From: an uncultured archaeon
GTDB taxonomy: Archaea > Altiarchaeota > Altiarchaeia > IMC4 > SCGC-AAA252-I15
Length of the DNA: 48,184 bases
Assembly (NCBI GenBank): GCA_964587725.1
Contig: CAZPLO010000009.1
Span: 1-48,184, forward strand
Direction: 5' to 3'
The position numbers and the translations under genes are program-made. The notes beneath the pieces are model-generated. The model was given only the letters and a program-made list of their open reading frames with translations, had not been told where the DNA came from and searched no databases. How positions within the stretch are numbered: position 1 is the first letter of the stretch; each line of letters opens with the position of its first letter. Below are positions 47,389 to 48,184 of the stretch, piece by piece.

Positions 47389-47406
47389 AAAAAACAGCTG
47401 TTTTTT
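47389..47406. terminator. Palindromic AAAAAACAGCTGTTTTTT, possible bidirectional oligo-T terminator
   Basis: Perfect 18-bp palindrome giving a T6 tract on both strands, just beyond the stop of the minus-strand gene. Confidence 0.45.
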
Positions 47407-47415
47407 ATAAATAGT

Positions 47416-48105
47416 TTATATTTCCAGCGGGGTCTCCGTCGTCGTTTCCTCGCCGTCCACAACCACTTTCCTGACGGCCTTCCCCTTCCTCCTGGCGTTC
47501 AACCTGGCATCCGACGCCTTCATGCCCTCCGGATACACAAGCTCCTCTATGGCGAAGGTGTGTTCCACGCACGCGGTCTTGAACTCCCCCACATCCCAAA
47601 GTATTTCATTCCGCAGCTCGTCTAGCACGGACTTGTCGAGGGTGCCGCTGCAGAAGTCCGCTGTCTTCTCCTTCCCCGGCTTCGGAGGCTTGGCCTTGCA
47701 CTTCAGCTTCGCGTTCCCGCCCTTCAAATCCAACAGTATCGTAGCGTACGGCGCAGCCTCATAGATTTTCGCAACCACTTCACCTGGGAGTTCATCATCC
47801 AGTTTGGCGACGTAGTAGCTCTTCTTCTCCTTGCTCTTGTCGTCGAACTCCAAACCGATTCCCGCCAGCTCATCCCTGAAATCTGTCTTAGCGTACAGCG
47901 CGCCCTTGACCTTGTAGTCTCCGCCGCACAACGCAGCTAACCGGCCGAAGGCGTTGCAGTACTCCACACTCCCCTTGAACTTGACGTCCTTCTTCGCCTG
48001 CACGTCGCACACGGGCCCCTGGAATTCCCCGCGGCCGTAGCGGATGAACATGTCGTGAACCCAGTCCTCCGCGTCCCCAGTGAAAAGTTGTTTAACCCAG
48101 TGCAT
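47416..48105 (-). CDS. Hypothetical protein
   Basis: Long ORF with typical codon usage. ATG 48105 is preferred over the upstream AT-rich extension. Confidence 0.75.
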   Translation of the reverse strand: MHWVKQLFTGDAEDWVHDMFIRYGRGEFQGPVCDVQAKKDVKFKGSVEYCNAFGRLAALCGGDYKVKGALYAKTDFRDELAGIGLEFDDKSKEKKSYYVAKLDDELPGEVVAKIYEAAPYATILLDLKGGNAKLKCKAKPPKPGKEKTADFCSGTLDKSVLDELRNEILWDVGEFKTACVEHTFAIEELVYPEGMKASDARLNARRKGKAVRKVVVDGEETTTETPLEI

Positions 48106-48184
48106 TTTAAGTTTCAGGTAACAATAATTCAACCTACTCACATAAAAAGATGGACTACACTCAGATACTGTTCGCGCCGACGGC

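Noticed and set aside
1-48184. CRISPR array, cas genes, transposases, integrases, inteins, rRNA
   Set aside because: No regularly spaced direct repeats, no recognisable catalytic motifs, and no oversized housekeeping proteins with intein termini.
48150-48184. Possible start of a + strand gene (MDYTQILFAPT...)
   Set aside because: Only 11 codons are visible before the window edge, too little to support a call.

Overview
Gene-dense archaeal chromosomal segment (roughly 55-60% GC by eye). Archaeal markers are RpoD/RpoN/RpoK, L18e, RadB, Dph2, ABCE1, TATA-type promoters and bulge-helix-bulge (BHB) tRNA introns. A DPANN-affiliated lineage such as Ca. Altiarchaeota is plausible but is only inference. 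It carries housekeeping genes (aroA, aroC, alaS, hisC, nadE, eno), a malic enzyme/split fumarase/panD operon, a UDP-sugar plus transketolase cluster, membrane glycosylation-type proteins, and the S13-S4-S11-RpoD-L18e-L13-S9-RpoN-RpoK-S2 operon with two intron-containing tRNAs (Ser-UGA, and Leu-GAG with two introns). I recognised no transposase, integrase or CRISPR array. The most striking unexplained signal is a dispersed family of short palindromic modules (GAACCTTTT-N3-AAAAGGTTC, GACGC-AAA-GCGTC, CGAGC-AA/AGA-GCTCG, cGNAg-loop hairpins). They cluster in intergenic spacers, next to tRNA-Ser, inside the tRNA-Leu anticodon intron, and inside the T-loop of a duplicated tRNA-Ser 3' end. Other highlights: an AT-rich domain-sized patch inside alaS, an RHH-nucleotidyltransferase fusion with a candidate operator, an N-terminally shortened Dph2, a frameshifted methyltransferase-like paralog with a G8 tract, and candidate small RNAs.
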